Shown here piece after piece: positions 9,891-19,186 of a DNA stretch of 38,494 nucleotides (position 1 is the stretch's first letter; every line of letters begins with the position of its first letter). Position numbers and translations under genes: made by a program. The notes under the pieces are model-generated. The model saw only the letters and a list, made by a program, of their open reading frames with translations, had not been told where the DNA came from and did not search any database. Source of the DNA: Malassezia furfur (lineage: Eukaryota); assembly GCA_052055015.1 (NCBI GenBank), contig JBQJIT010000060.1; one strand, written 5' to 3'.

Positions 9891-12304
9891 ATGGCGACGG
9901 GAGGAGCGGACAAGAAATCCGCGCCGGCGCTGCCGGCGTCGAATGAGTAAGTCGGCGCGCTGATGCAGCATCCATGCGACGTGGGAATTTCTCGAGGGCG
10001 GCATCGAGGTGATGGTATGCATGCGCGGCGACTCACACAGATGGCGCGCCTCACCGAGGGCATGTCGTATGAACGCTACATGCAGCTCTACACTGCCGCC
10101 TACAACTACTGCATTAGCAGTGGCATGGGAGGTGCGAGTGGCATCGCTGCTGGTGCACACCTGGTGGGCGGTGAGCTGTACTCGCGCATCGCACACTACT
10201 TCCAACAGCATCTCCGTGGCACCTTGACGCAGCTCGAGTCGCTCTCGGGCGAGGCGCTGCTGCGCTACTATGCCGCGGAGTGGGAGCGGTACACGAACGG
10301 GTCCAACTTTGTGCATCGCCTGCTTATCTACCTCAACCGCCACTGGGTGAAGCATGAGCGCGAAGAGGGTCGTACGGACGTGTATACCATTTATACGGTA
10401 CGTGGCTAAACTGACCCAGCTTGCATTGATCCAGTGGAAGCGGTTCGTGTTTGCGCCGCTCCAGACGCACCGCCAGCTCACGAATGCTGTGTTGGATCAG
10501 ATCCGCATTCAGCGCGATGGTGGCGTGATTCAGTCGACCCTGCTTAAGACGGTGCTCGATAGTTTTGTGTCGCTCGGCATTGACGACACCGACGCCACGC
10601 GCCTCAATCTGGACGTGTACCGCACCGAGTTCCAACAGGCGTTTTTGGAGACGACCATGGAATACTACAAGGCCGAGAGCGCCACATTCGTCGCGCAGAA
10701 CTCCGTCACTGACTACATGCGCAAGGCCGAAGCACGGCTCATGGAGGAAGACGACCGCGTGGAGCTCTACCTGCAGCCATCGACACGTATTCCACTTGGC
10801 GATGTGTGCCGCGAGCAGCTGGTGACGAGTCACAGCGCACTTCTCTGGGGCCAGTTCAAGACGCTGCTCGAGAACGAGATGACAGCGGATCTGAGCCGAA
10901 TGTATGCGTTGCTGGTGCAAATCCCCAACGGCCTCGACCCGTTGCGGGAGCAATTTGAGGCGCACGTCAAGGCCGAGGGGCTCGACTCTGTGGCGCGCAC
11001 CGTCGAGGAGGCGGCGGAGCAGGTGGACCCGGCGCGCTACGTCCAGTCGCTGTTGCGCGTGTACGACCACAACATGCAGACAATCGAGACGTCATTCCAG
11101 TCGGAGGCTGGCATGATTGCGGCGCTCGATAAGGCATGCCGCGTGTTTATTAACCAGAACCAGGCAACGGGCAAGTCGGCGAGCAAGAGTCCCGAGCTGC
11201 TCGCCAAGTACGTCGACGGCCTGCTCAAGAAGAGCAACAAAGGTGCGGAAGAGGCTTCGCTCGAAACATCGCTGGATCAGGCGATGGTGGTGTTCAAGTA
11301 CATCGAAGACCGCGATCTCTTCCAAAAATTCTACTCCAAGTTCCTCGCGCGGCGCCTGGTGACGTTCGCCTCAGCGTCGTCGGACGCAGAAGAGGGCATG
11401 ATCTCCAAGCTGAAGGAGGTATGCGGCTTTGAGTACACGCACAAGCTCCAGCGCATGTTTACCGAAGTGGGCCTATGCCGCGAGCTGAATGAACGCTTCC
11501 GCGAGGCGGAGGCAAACCGCGGGTCGAGCGACGACATCGACTTTTACTCGCTGGTGCTTGCCAACGGCATCTGGCCGCTACAGGCGCCGTCTACCGACTT
11601 TAGTGTTCCTACCGAGCTCCAGGGGCTCTACGAGCGTTTCAAGGAGTTTTACGGTGCGCAGCACTCGCGCCGCGTTCTCACCTGGCTGTGGCACCTCTCG
11701 TCCAACGACGTGCACGCCAACTACTTGCCACGCAAGCACATCTTCCAAACGTCTACATACCAATGCGCTGTCCTTTTGCTCTTCAACACGCACAGCGTCC
11801 TGACGTTCGACGAGATTGCTGCAGCGACGCGGCTCGAGACGGCGACTCTCAAGGCAGCGCTGTTGCCGCTCGTCAAGAGTAAGGTGCTCCACGAGCTCGA
11901 CGACTCCTACTCGCTCAATATGGGTGCGTATTTGTGGCTAACCCAGACTTTAAGTCGAAAAAGGTGCGGGTCAACCTCCAAATTCCGGTGCGTGCCGAGC
12001 AAAAAGCCGAGTCCACCGAGGTGATGAAGACGGTGGAGGAGGATCGCAAGATGCTGCTCCAGGCGACCATTGTGCGGTATGTGCGCATCCTGACTCAGCA
12101 TCATGAAAGCGCGCAAGACGCTCAAGCACAACCTGCTCCTCCCCGAGGTCATCACGCAGGTCCAGTCGCGCTTCCAGCCCAAGGTGCCTGATATCAAGAA
12201 GGCGATTGACGCCCTAATCGAGCGCGAGTTCCTGCAGCGCGTGGAGGGAGAGAAGGATGTGTATGTGTGTACATGCTTACACCAGCTATGCATACGTGGC
12301 CTAG
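9891..12304 (+). CDS. CUL1: Cullin-1 (Cdc53), SCF ubiquitin ligase scaffold, 7 exons
   Basis: Introns 9947-9968, 10015-10040, 10398-10419, 11924-11946, 12077-12098 and 12261-12285 (22-26 nt). Motifs [29 protein letters not shown], neddylation site IVRIMKARK and C-terminal YAYVA*. Confidence 0.95.
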
Positions 12305-12305
12305 G

Positions 12306-13382
12306 CTATGGCCCACAGTATGCGACTATCATGCGCCGTGTCGCGAGGGGGCCATGCTGCAGTAGATAGGTAGCACTGTGCGAGCCAGGAAGGTGCACGA
12401 CGCGTTGTCGTATTACGGATTGCACGAGTAGGCCTAGCAACATGACCAGCATGCCGGCGCTCGGGTGCATGGGGAGCACCGTGCCTAGCGCTACTCCAGC
12501 GCTCATCCCGCCGATCCACGTGCGAATCAACCATTCGGTGTTCCACTCGCTTAGCACATCTGCGACGGCAACCAGGTGCGGCCGGTGCGTTGCGTCGTGG
12601 GCAGACGGGATCCACCGGGCAAGCTCAATGCCAAACGTCTGCTGTTTCCGCCGGTCAAGCGGGAGTCGCGAATCCCATACCAAAAGAAACCCGAGGAGCA
12701 GCATGGTGCTCACATTCGAGAACAGCAGCGCAACCGAGGGCAGGTTCCACGAGTAAGGGTGCATGTAAGGCGTGCGCGCACGATTGCACCAGATACGGTG
12801 AATGACAAGCCCCATGACCACGACGGCAGCGTGGTACAGCACCGACTCTACTGCCGTCGCGACCGTAACACGCACAACACCGTGCAATGAGGGAGGGAGA
12901 TGCGGGAAGTGCGCCACGATGCTCGACCACGGGCGAGGCTCATCCTCTGCAAGGCGAGGTACCTTTTCTCCAGCCACCACATAGGGATGTACGCCTGCGT
13001 TAGCCAGCCACCTACACAGACTAAACCAGCGAAGGTCTGGGTAAGTACACAACGTACAGCTCTCCACGAGGATGTAGGCAAGAAAATGACGGGCGTGCGT
13101 CCAGTAACGCCACGACATCGGCTGTGGACTGGGTATAGGGCTGGTGTGGCCACGGTTGTAAAGCAAATGACGGTATACGCGTGGCTTGGCCAACATCTGC
13201 GTAAGTCGGCCACATACGAGGTCGATGAACAGGATGGTCGGGCCAAACTCGAGATATGGATCAGCAATACGACCACAGCCGCCCTCCTCCTTCGACGCAC
13301 ATCGTGTCAGCGCGACATGTCCCGAGCCAAACGTCGTAAGCAACGCCGGCAGGGGACGTGCGCAGTGCACACACACCGGCAT
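12306..13382 (-). CDS. ARV1: ARV1 ER sterol/lipid homeostasis protein
   Basis: N-terminal Zn motif MPVCVHC...TRC...[11 protein letters not shown]...[17 protein letters not shown], followed by TM segments. Two in-frame 21-nt introns at 13197-13217 and 13037-13057. Confidence 0.9.
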   Translation of the reverse strand: MPVCVHCARPLPALLTTFGSGHVALTRCASKEEGGCGRIADPYLEFGPTILFIDLVCGRLTQMLAKPRVYRHLLYNRGHTSPIPSPQPMSWRYWTHARHFLAYILVESCTLCTYPDLRWFSLCRWLANAGVHPYVVAGEKVPRLAEDEPRPWSSIVAHFPHLPPSLHGVVRVTVATAVESVLYHAAVVVMGLVIHRIWCNRARTPYMHPYSWNLPSVALLFSNVSTMLLLGFLLVWDSRLPLDRRKQQTFGIELARWIPSAHDATHRPHLVAVADVLSEWNTEWLIRTWIGGMSAGVALGTVLPMHPSAGMLVMLLGLLVQSVIRQRVVHLPGSHSATYLLQHGPLATRRMIVAYCGP

Positions 13383-13627
13383 TGCGGCCAGGAGGACGAC
13401 CCTCCACTCGCGTGCATTAGACGCCCGATTGACTGGAGCTTCGCGCGCGCGGTGCGGCAATTTAGCGGTTGCATACGAGAATGCGAATACGTCGATGCCA
13501 AACTATGAGTGCAAGGCAGCTGCGCACGAGTCGCGACGTCTCCGAGGTCGGATAGCTATGTAGCCAACTGAACGGGCATCGGCAGTGCGTAGTCCAGTGC
13601 CAGGCATGGCACGCCGTGTCGTATACC

Positions 13628-14253
13628 TTACTCCGCCTTGGCCTGGATCGCCGACACGGGCGTCTCGGCCTCCTTAACCGCTGCCTTCTCAGTCTGCGGG
13701 CCGTTGTTCTCCGTCAGGCTGCTGAAAAGACCCGGCGCAGGCTTGAAAGGACGCTTCAGCTCGCCCGTCGCCGGCACGCCCCAAATCCAGATCTTAGCCA
13801 TGTTCGACTCGAGCGCGTTTTTGAACGGAATCAAGCTCTGGATAACAAGACTGAGTCAGCACAAAGCCACATACGGGTTGGTGTAGCCAAAGTAGAAGTG
13901 CATGAGCGCGACGATGCCCATGCCCATCAGGATGCCACGCACGCTCTTGCTGACCTCGGCGAGGTCGTAGTCGCGGTTCGTCGTGGTGACAAGCTCACCC
14001 GGCTCCTGCGACTGACATGAGCAGGTAAACGTACCATGGGGTTTTTAGCATTCACGTACTTGAGCACAGTCAAGTCGTTCTTCTTCTTGATCTGGATGCT
14101 GCAGAAGTAGTACACAGCCAGACACGCGAGTTGCGCGGCGAGGTAGCCGATACGGGCGTACGTCACGTAGTCCGGGTTTTCTTCGAACGGGATGCGCTTG
14201 GCCAGCTGCATCACGCCGAACATTACGGCCATGTTCGTCACTGCGGCGTTCAT
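13628..14253 (-). CDS. PHO88: Pho88/Snd3 ER membrane protein
   Basis: MNAAVTN...KKNDLTVLKYV, TTNRDYD, MHFYFGYTNPLVIQS and LKRPFK after removing introns 14012-14034 (23) and 13851-13874 (24). Confidence 0.9.
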
Positions 14254-14383
14254 TTTCGTGGATAAGACGTAGGGGTCAGTGGAAAAGGCGACGTGGACGG
14301 CGTGATTGCCACGTGGCGCCCCCGGTGCGGCGGCCGCCCGGGCTGCTTCTCCACACGACGGAGTCGACTGCTCGTCCTCCGGC

Positions 14384-15670
14384 ATGTCGTTGCAGGTACA
14401 CCAGCTCTCGTACAGCCCTCTAACGGCGCACGCGTTCAATGCCGACCGTAGCAGGGTCGCCGTGTCGCCTAACACCAACGAAATCAACATCTATGCGCGC
14501 TCTGGTGACGGATGGGTGCTCGAGCATACCCTCGCCGAGCACGACAAGCTCGTCACCGGGATCGACTGGGCGCCGAACACGAACCGTATCGTGAGCTGCT
14601 CGCAGGACCGAAACGCCTACGTGTGGTCTCTGAGCGACGATCAGCGCACCTGGAAGCCGACACTCGTGCTCCTCCGCCTGAACCGCAGTGCGACGGCCGT
14701 GCGCTGGAGCCCGAACGAGGACAAGTTTGCGGTTGCGAGCAGTGCACGTACCATTTCAGTGTGCTCCTTCGAGGAAGACAACGACTGGTGGGTCGCCAAG
14801 CACATCAAGCGCCCGCTGCGCTCGACGGTCAACTCGATCGATTGGCACCCCAACAACGTGCTGCTCGCCGCAGGCTGCGCTGATTTCCGTGCGCGTGTGT
14901 TTAGTGCGTACATCAAGGGCGTGGACAGCAAGCCTCCGCCGAGCGTGTGGGGTGAGCGCCTGCCGTTTGGCACGGTGTGCGGCGAGTTCGCTACGTCGTC
15001 GAGCGGCTGGGTCCATGGCGTAGCCTTCAGTCCGAGCGGTGATGCCCTTGCGTTTGTGGGCCACGATGCATCGCTGACGATTGTGTATCCGTCGGCGCCG
15101 GACGTACCGCCGCACGCCGTACACACGATCTGTCTGCCGAGTCTGCCTTACGTCACGTTGATGTTCCTGACTGAGACGTCGCTTGTCGCCGCGGGACACG
15201 ACTGCCAGCCGATTGTGTTTGAAGGCGACTGGCAGAACGGTTGGAGGCTCACACGCTCGCTCGACACGGCCGGCGCTGCGGCAAGCAAGCCGAAGCCGCC
15301 GCCGCCGCCGCCGAAGGCTGCGGGGCTGTCGGGCGGCGGCTCCGGCGGGGTGGGCCGTTTGAACAATGAGGCTTTTGCGCGTTTCCGCGCGGCCGACTCG
15401 CGCGGCACCTCGTCGACGCCTACAGCCAATGGGGAGGCGTCGCCTGCCTCGCTGGGTGCGGTTGCCGGTGCGAGCATCGCAGACGATGGCGAGCTGCACA
15501 CTACGTGCCAAAACACCATCACCTGTGTACGCAGCTACAGCGGAGCGCCTGGCAACGTGCAGGCGGTCAGCACCAGCGGCATGGACGGCCGTTTGTGTGT
15601 GTTTGACGCAACCAAGGGCACCACCGCTGTGGCGCCGATCTTGCGGGGCGTTTCGAGTCTACAGAAGTAG
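14384..15670 (+). CDS. ARC40: Arp2/3 complex subunit ARPC1/Arc40 (WD40)
   Basis: HDKLVTGIDWAP, SCSQDRNAYVW, WKPTLVLLRLNR, DWWVAKHIK, WHPNNVLLAAG and WGERLPFG. Intronless from ATG 14384. Confidence 0.95.
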   Translation: MSLQVHQLSYSPLTAHAFNADRSRVAVSPNTNEINIYARSGDGWVLEHTLAEHDKLVTGIDWAPNTNRIVSCSQDRNAYVWSLSDDQRTWKPTLVLLRLNRSATAVRWSPNEDKFAVASSARTISVCSFEEDNDWWVAKHIKRPLRSTVNSIDWHPNNVLLAAGCADFRARVFSAYIKGVDSKPPPSVWGERLPFGTVCGEFATSSSGWVHGVAFSPSGDALAFVGHDASLTIVYPSAPDVPPHAVHTICLPSLPYVTLMFLTETSLVAAGHDCQPIVFEGDWQNGWRLTRSLDTAGAAASKPKPPPPPPKAAGLSGGGSGGVGRLNNEAFARFRAADSRGTSSTPTANGEASPASLGAVAGASIADDGELHTTCQNTITCVRSYSGAPGNVQAVSTSGMDGRLCVFDATKGTTAVAPILRGVSSLQK

Positions 15671-15688
15671 TGTATAGCAACCAAGGCA

Positions 15689-17794
15689 CTAGCTGCCCAG
15701 CTTGCGGCTCTTGACCGTGTTGATCGAGATACCGCTCTTCTCGCCCTGATAGCCTCCCTGGAGCGCGCTTTGGCCGCCCTTGTACACGGCGCGCGTGCTT
15801 GACAGGCGCTTGTTTGCCCGGTCGAACTTCATGCGCCGCTTTACACGGGGGTTGCGGATGCTCTTGGGCCGGTGCGGTGTCAAACCCTTGTTCTTCTCGA
15901 TCGTGCGGTCGATCAGGCGGTGCTCGCCATCGCCCACCGTTTCATCATCATACACGCGCGACGCGAGGCGCTCCTGGTCATACTCCTCCTTCTTCTGCGC
16001 CTTCTTTGCGCGCTTATTGGAGCTGATCAGGTCGTAGTAAGCCGCATCGTCCTCCTCGCCGCCTGCGGCCTCGTCAGCTTCCGGCTTGGCATCGCCGCCA
16101 CCCATAACGGCATTGCGGTCGCGCCAGTCGCTCTCCGCCCACTCGGTATCGTTCAAATCCGTGTCCATGTGCTGGGGCTGCATCTTGGCCAGCTTGTTGG
16201 TCTTGGCCGCGGCCACCGCCTCGCGGCTACGTCGCCGGTCGCGGTAGGGGATATCCGCATCGCCTTCGAGTTTGTTCTGCTTCTGTTTCGAGGCCGCCTC
16301 GGCCGCCGCATCGGTGTGGAATTGCGTGAGTCGCTTGCGCTGCGACTTTTCCTGGGCATCCACTGCATGCATCTGCGTTGGCTCGCCGTAGGCATCGGCA
16401 CTCGCAAGTGGCATCGATGTCGCGCGCTTTGGCGCACGCGGCGCGTCGGCACTGACGTCGGCAACCGCCGCGAGCGGCGCCGGCACCGGCGGCTCGGCAC
16501 GCGATTCGGCGCGGCGCTTGGCTTTGGTCTTCTTGCGCTTCGGTGCCGCAGCCTCGCTCGCGGCCGGAGCAGATTTCACACCCTGGTTCTCCTTTTCGTC
16601 CTCAATCAAGTCATCCACCTCGCCGGGCTCGAGCTCACCGAGCTCTTCGTACTCCATGTCCTCATCGGTGGGCGGGCCCATGATGCCGGCCATTTCGCGC
16701 TCGTCACTGCTGCTCGGCGCATCCTCGGGATCAAACAGGCCGAGCGCCTTCATCTCGACCAGTACCTTTTTGAACTGGCTCAGGCGCTCCATCACGGGGT
16801 GCTCCAGTAGCCGCTGGGGCTCGGCAGCCCAGGCGGGCGTCGACGCAAGCTGGAAGAAGAACGCAAGCTGCATCGCATAGGCAGAGAGCGTCTGGTAATA
16901 CAGGTGCGCAATCTCGGCAATGGAGCGCTCGCCGTGCTTGGTCACCTCGCTCATGTAGGCCTCCGCCTCGGGGAGTTGCTGGAGGACGTCGCCAAACTCA
17001 TCGACGAGGGCCAGCACAATCGGCGCATGCGTGCGCAGGCGCGCTAGCAGCTCCTCTGGGGTCGCAGAGGTCGCTACACTCGTGTCGTTGGCATCGCCAT
17101 CGAGCTCGCGCTTGCGACGCGCACGGGCAGCGGCACTCTGCTCGTCGGCGTTGATGAGCGCCTCCGTCGCATCGATGCTTTCAAGGCCGAAATCGTCGTC
17201 CCCCATGCCCGCACGGCTCAGACGCTGGAGACGGATAGCCTCGTTCGTCTCGAGCTCGTGCGCCTTTTCTTCATCAATGTCTGAATCCGACTCGAGGTCT
17301 TTGTCGGTGTTGCCGCTGTAGTAGGCGCGTTTGTTGGCGCCCCATCCGTGGGGCTCTTCATCCGAGTCTTCGTCGGAGATCTCTTCGTCCGAGTCGTGCG
17401 CATCGTCGCGGGGTGCACGACGCCGCACCTGTTGCATGATCTCCTCGGGGATATGCATGGAGCGGTAGCGTTCCTCGTCGCCCTCGAAACGCGTCTCGTC
17501 CTCGTCATCCTCATCCTCATCCGCTTCCTGATCTTCGTCCTCGTCCTCTTCTTCTTCCGAGTCGCTGTCATCATGCCGCGACTGGCCCAGCGACAGCACC
17601 TCGCGGTCGTTCGCGCCAAAGTCTTCCTCCTCGTCGTCAGGCTCGTACTGTGCATCGTCCAGCAAAATTTTGTCTCGCGCGGCATCAAAGCGCTCTACAT
17701 CGTCCATTGGAATTTCATCGCGCGTTTCCATACGCATACCGCCGCCGCGTTTCCCCGGCGCGCGGCCGCGCGCACGCATGCTGCCCTTGGCCAT
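15689..17794 (-). CDS. SAS10: SSU processome component Sas10/Utp3
   Basis: Acidic N-terminus, WGANKRAYY, HPVMERL and C-terminal Sas10 motif IEKNKGLTPHRPKSIRNPRVKRR...YQGEKSGI...KSRKL. Confidence 0.93.
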   Translation of the reverse strand: MAKGSMRARGRAPGKRGGGMRMETRDEIPMDDVERFDAARDKILLDDAQYEPDDEEEDFGANDREVLSLGQSRHDDSDSEEEEDEDEDQEADEDEDDEDETRFEGDEERYRSMHIPEEIMQQVRRRAPRDDAHDSDEEISDEDSDEEPHGWGANKRAYYSGNTDKDLESDSDIDEEKAHELETNEAIRLQRLSRAGMGDDDFGLESIDATEALINADEQSAAARARRKRELDGDANDTSVATSATPEELLARLRTHAPIVLALVDEFGDVLQQLPEAEAYMSEVTKHGERSIAEIAHLYYQTLSAYAMQLAFFFQLASTPAWAAEPQRLLEHPVMERLSQFKKVLVEMKALGLFDPEDAPSSSDEREMAGIMGPPTDEDMEYEELGELEPGEVDDLIEDEKENQGVKSAPAASEAAAPKRKKTKAKRRAESRAEPPVPAPLAAVADVSADAPRAPKRATSMPLASADAYGEPTQMHAVDAQEKSQRKRLTQFHTDAAAEAASKQKQNKLEGDADIPYRDRRRSREAVAAAKTNKLAKMQPQHMDTDLNDTEWAESDWRDRNAVMGGGDAKPEADEAAGGEEDDAAYYDLISSNKRAKKAQKKEEYDQERLASRVYDDETVGDGEHRLIDRTIEKNKGLTPHRPKSIRNPRVKRRMKFDRANKRLSSTRAVYKGGQSALQGGYQGEKSGISINTVKSRKLGS

Positions 17795-17828
17795 TGTCGC
17801 GCAGGAGCGAAAGCGCCTTGCCTTTGCC

Positions 17829-17855
17829 CACGTGATAGTCCAAAAAAAATTTGGG
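17829..17855. promoter_or_regulatory. Candidate E-box (CACGTG) plus RRPE-like AAAAAAAATTT in the divergent SAS10/FCF2 promoter
   Basis: CACGTG at 17829-17834 and AAAAAAAATTT at 17842-17852, between two divergent ribosome-biogenesis genes. Confidence 0.45.
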
Positions 17856-17923
17856 CCTGACTAACCAGAGGCGGCGCTTTGTCCAGATTTTGCCCAGGGA
17901 CATCTATCTGTTGCATTGTGACG

Positions 17924-18742
17924 ATGGTGCTATCCGATTCCGACGATGATGATCAGCTGTTGAATGCTTCGCGACAAGCCTACAAATCCAGTGCTGGTGG
18001 GTCGAACCATGCCTCGAGCTCTCAGGAGGCGTTCACCGATGGCACGGATCTAGTCACCTTTGACTCCGAGATACCCCCGCCCACCCCAGCGCGCAAGGCG
18101 TCGCGGCCGACCAAGAGTGCCGGGAAGAAGAAAGCCGGCGATGCGCCCGAGGTAGCTGCCTCCCTGGAAGCCATTGAACGATCGGGTGTGACACGATCAA
18201 AGAAGCCAAGCAAGCGCGAAATCCAAGAGGTACGTCCTCGTCATTGCTCACCCGCAGTACCGATCGAAAACCGCCGGACCTGGGTGGTACAATATGCCAG
18301 CTTTCCCTGGTGCGCACTATACCAAAAAAGACGCGCGGACGGAGGGTGGCAAGGCGACTTATACAGGCGGTGATGCGCGTGCCGCGACCGAGAAGGAGAT
18401 GCGGCGCCAAGTGACGGCGATCCGACTGCGCAATGCTTTGGATCCTACACGTTTCTACCGTGGTGGCTCTGGTACTGGCGCAGACAAAGGCATGCCTGCC
18501 TATGCGCAGCTGGGCACAATCGTGGGTGGTGGCCTGGAGCCAAAATCGATTGTGCCGCGCAAACAGCGCGCAGACACCGTTGTGGGCGAGCTGGTGAACG
18601 ATGCACGTTCCATTGCCTATTCCAAGAAAAAGTTCAACGAGGTAAGTGTCCTCGGTCCTGACGCCAGCTGCAAGCCAAGCGCATGGCGCTGGCCAAGCAA
18701 GGTCGCTCCAAGCCGCCAGGGCGGCGGCGCCGTCGATCGTAG
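17924..18742 (+). CDS. FCF2: Pre-rRNA processing protein Fcf2
   Basis: KTAGPGWYNMP, IRLRNALDPTRFY, PAYAQLGTIV and YSKKKFNE. Introns 18230-18257 (28) and 18642-18667 (26). Basic C-terminus, TAG at 18740-18742. Confidence 0.88.
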
Positions 18743-18777
18743 ATCCCTCGCCCACGTGCCGACCACGTGCTGGGCAC

Positions 18778-18822
18778 GAGGAAAAACCAGGGCATTTCTG
18801 GTTTTTCCTCTTTTTTTTTTTT
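18778..18822. repeat. Perfect 13-bp inverted repeat followed by T12
   Basis: GAGGAAAAACCAG (18778-18790), a 7-nt loop, CTGGTTTTTCCTC (18798-18810), then 12 T (18811-18822). Confidence 0.9.
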
Positions 18823-19186
18823 CTTTGCGGGCGGCAGACACCGGTAAAGTGCCTGCGGCTTTGCAAAGCCGTTTTCGCGCAGCGGTCTTATTGGCAGTGG
18901 CTGTGCGAAGCAGAGACACCCGTGTCTCCCCGCCCCTAAGGCTAGACGAGCGGCGTGCGAAGCGTACCGGTCAAGGTACCTACGGGCTCAACGCGACGGG
19001 AAACAACTCCCGTTCCAGCCTTGACATCACGGTGCTCGACGTGAAAGCACATCCAGTCCTTCATTGGTCTTGGATGGCTGTTGAGTGGCCGCGTAGCGCT
19101 GCATGAGTGTTCAAGCGTCTTCGCCGGCGCCTGCGCACAATCGTGCGGCAGCGACCGGTTCTTCTTCACCATTCCCGCCCCTTCAT

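Noticed and set aside
8214..12304. Apparent frameshifted pseudogenes (vWA, CUL1; also NHA1, CKB1)
   Set aside because: Every frame break coincides with a GT...branch...AG mini-intron whose removal restores conserved motifs.
18778..18822. Rho-independent terminator or bacterial insertion
   Set aside because: Flanking genes are intron-containing fungal genes and nothing else looks bacterial. Kept only as an unexplained hairpin.
18825..19110. Assignment to a known RNA (U snRNAs, U3, SRP, RNase P/MRP, TPP riboswitch, hammerhead or HDV ribozyme)
   Set aside because: Hallmark motifs were not found by eye. TTCACGT resembles an HDV-like L3 loop, but the flanking P3 does not pair.
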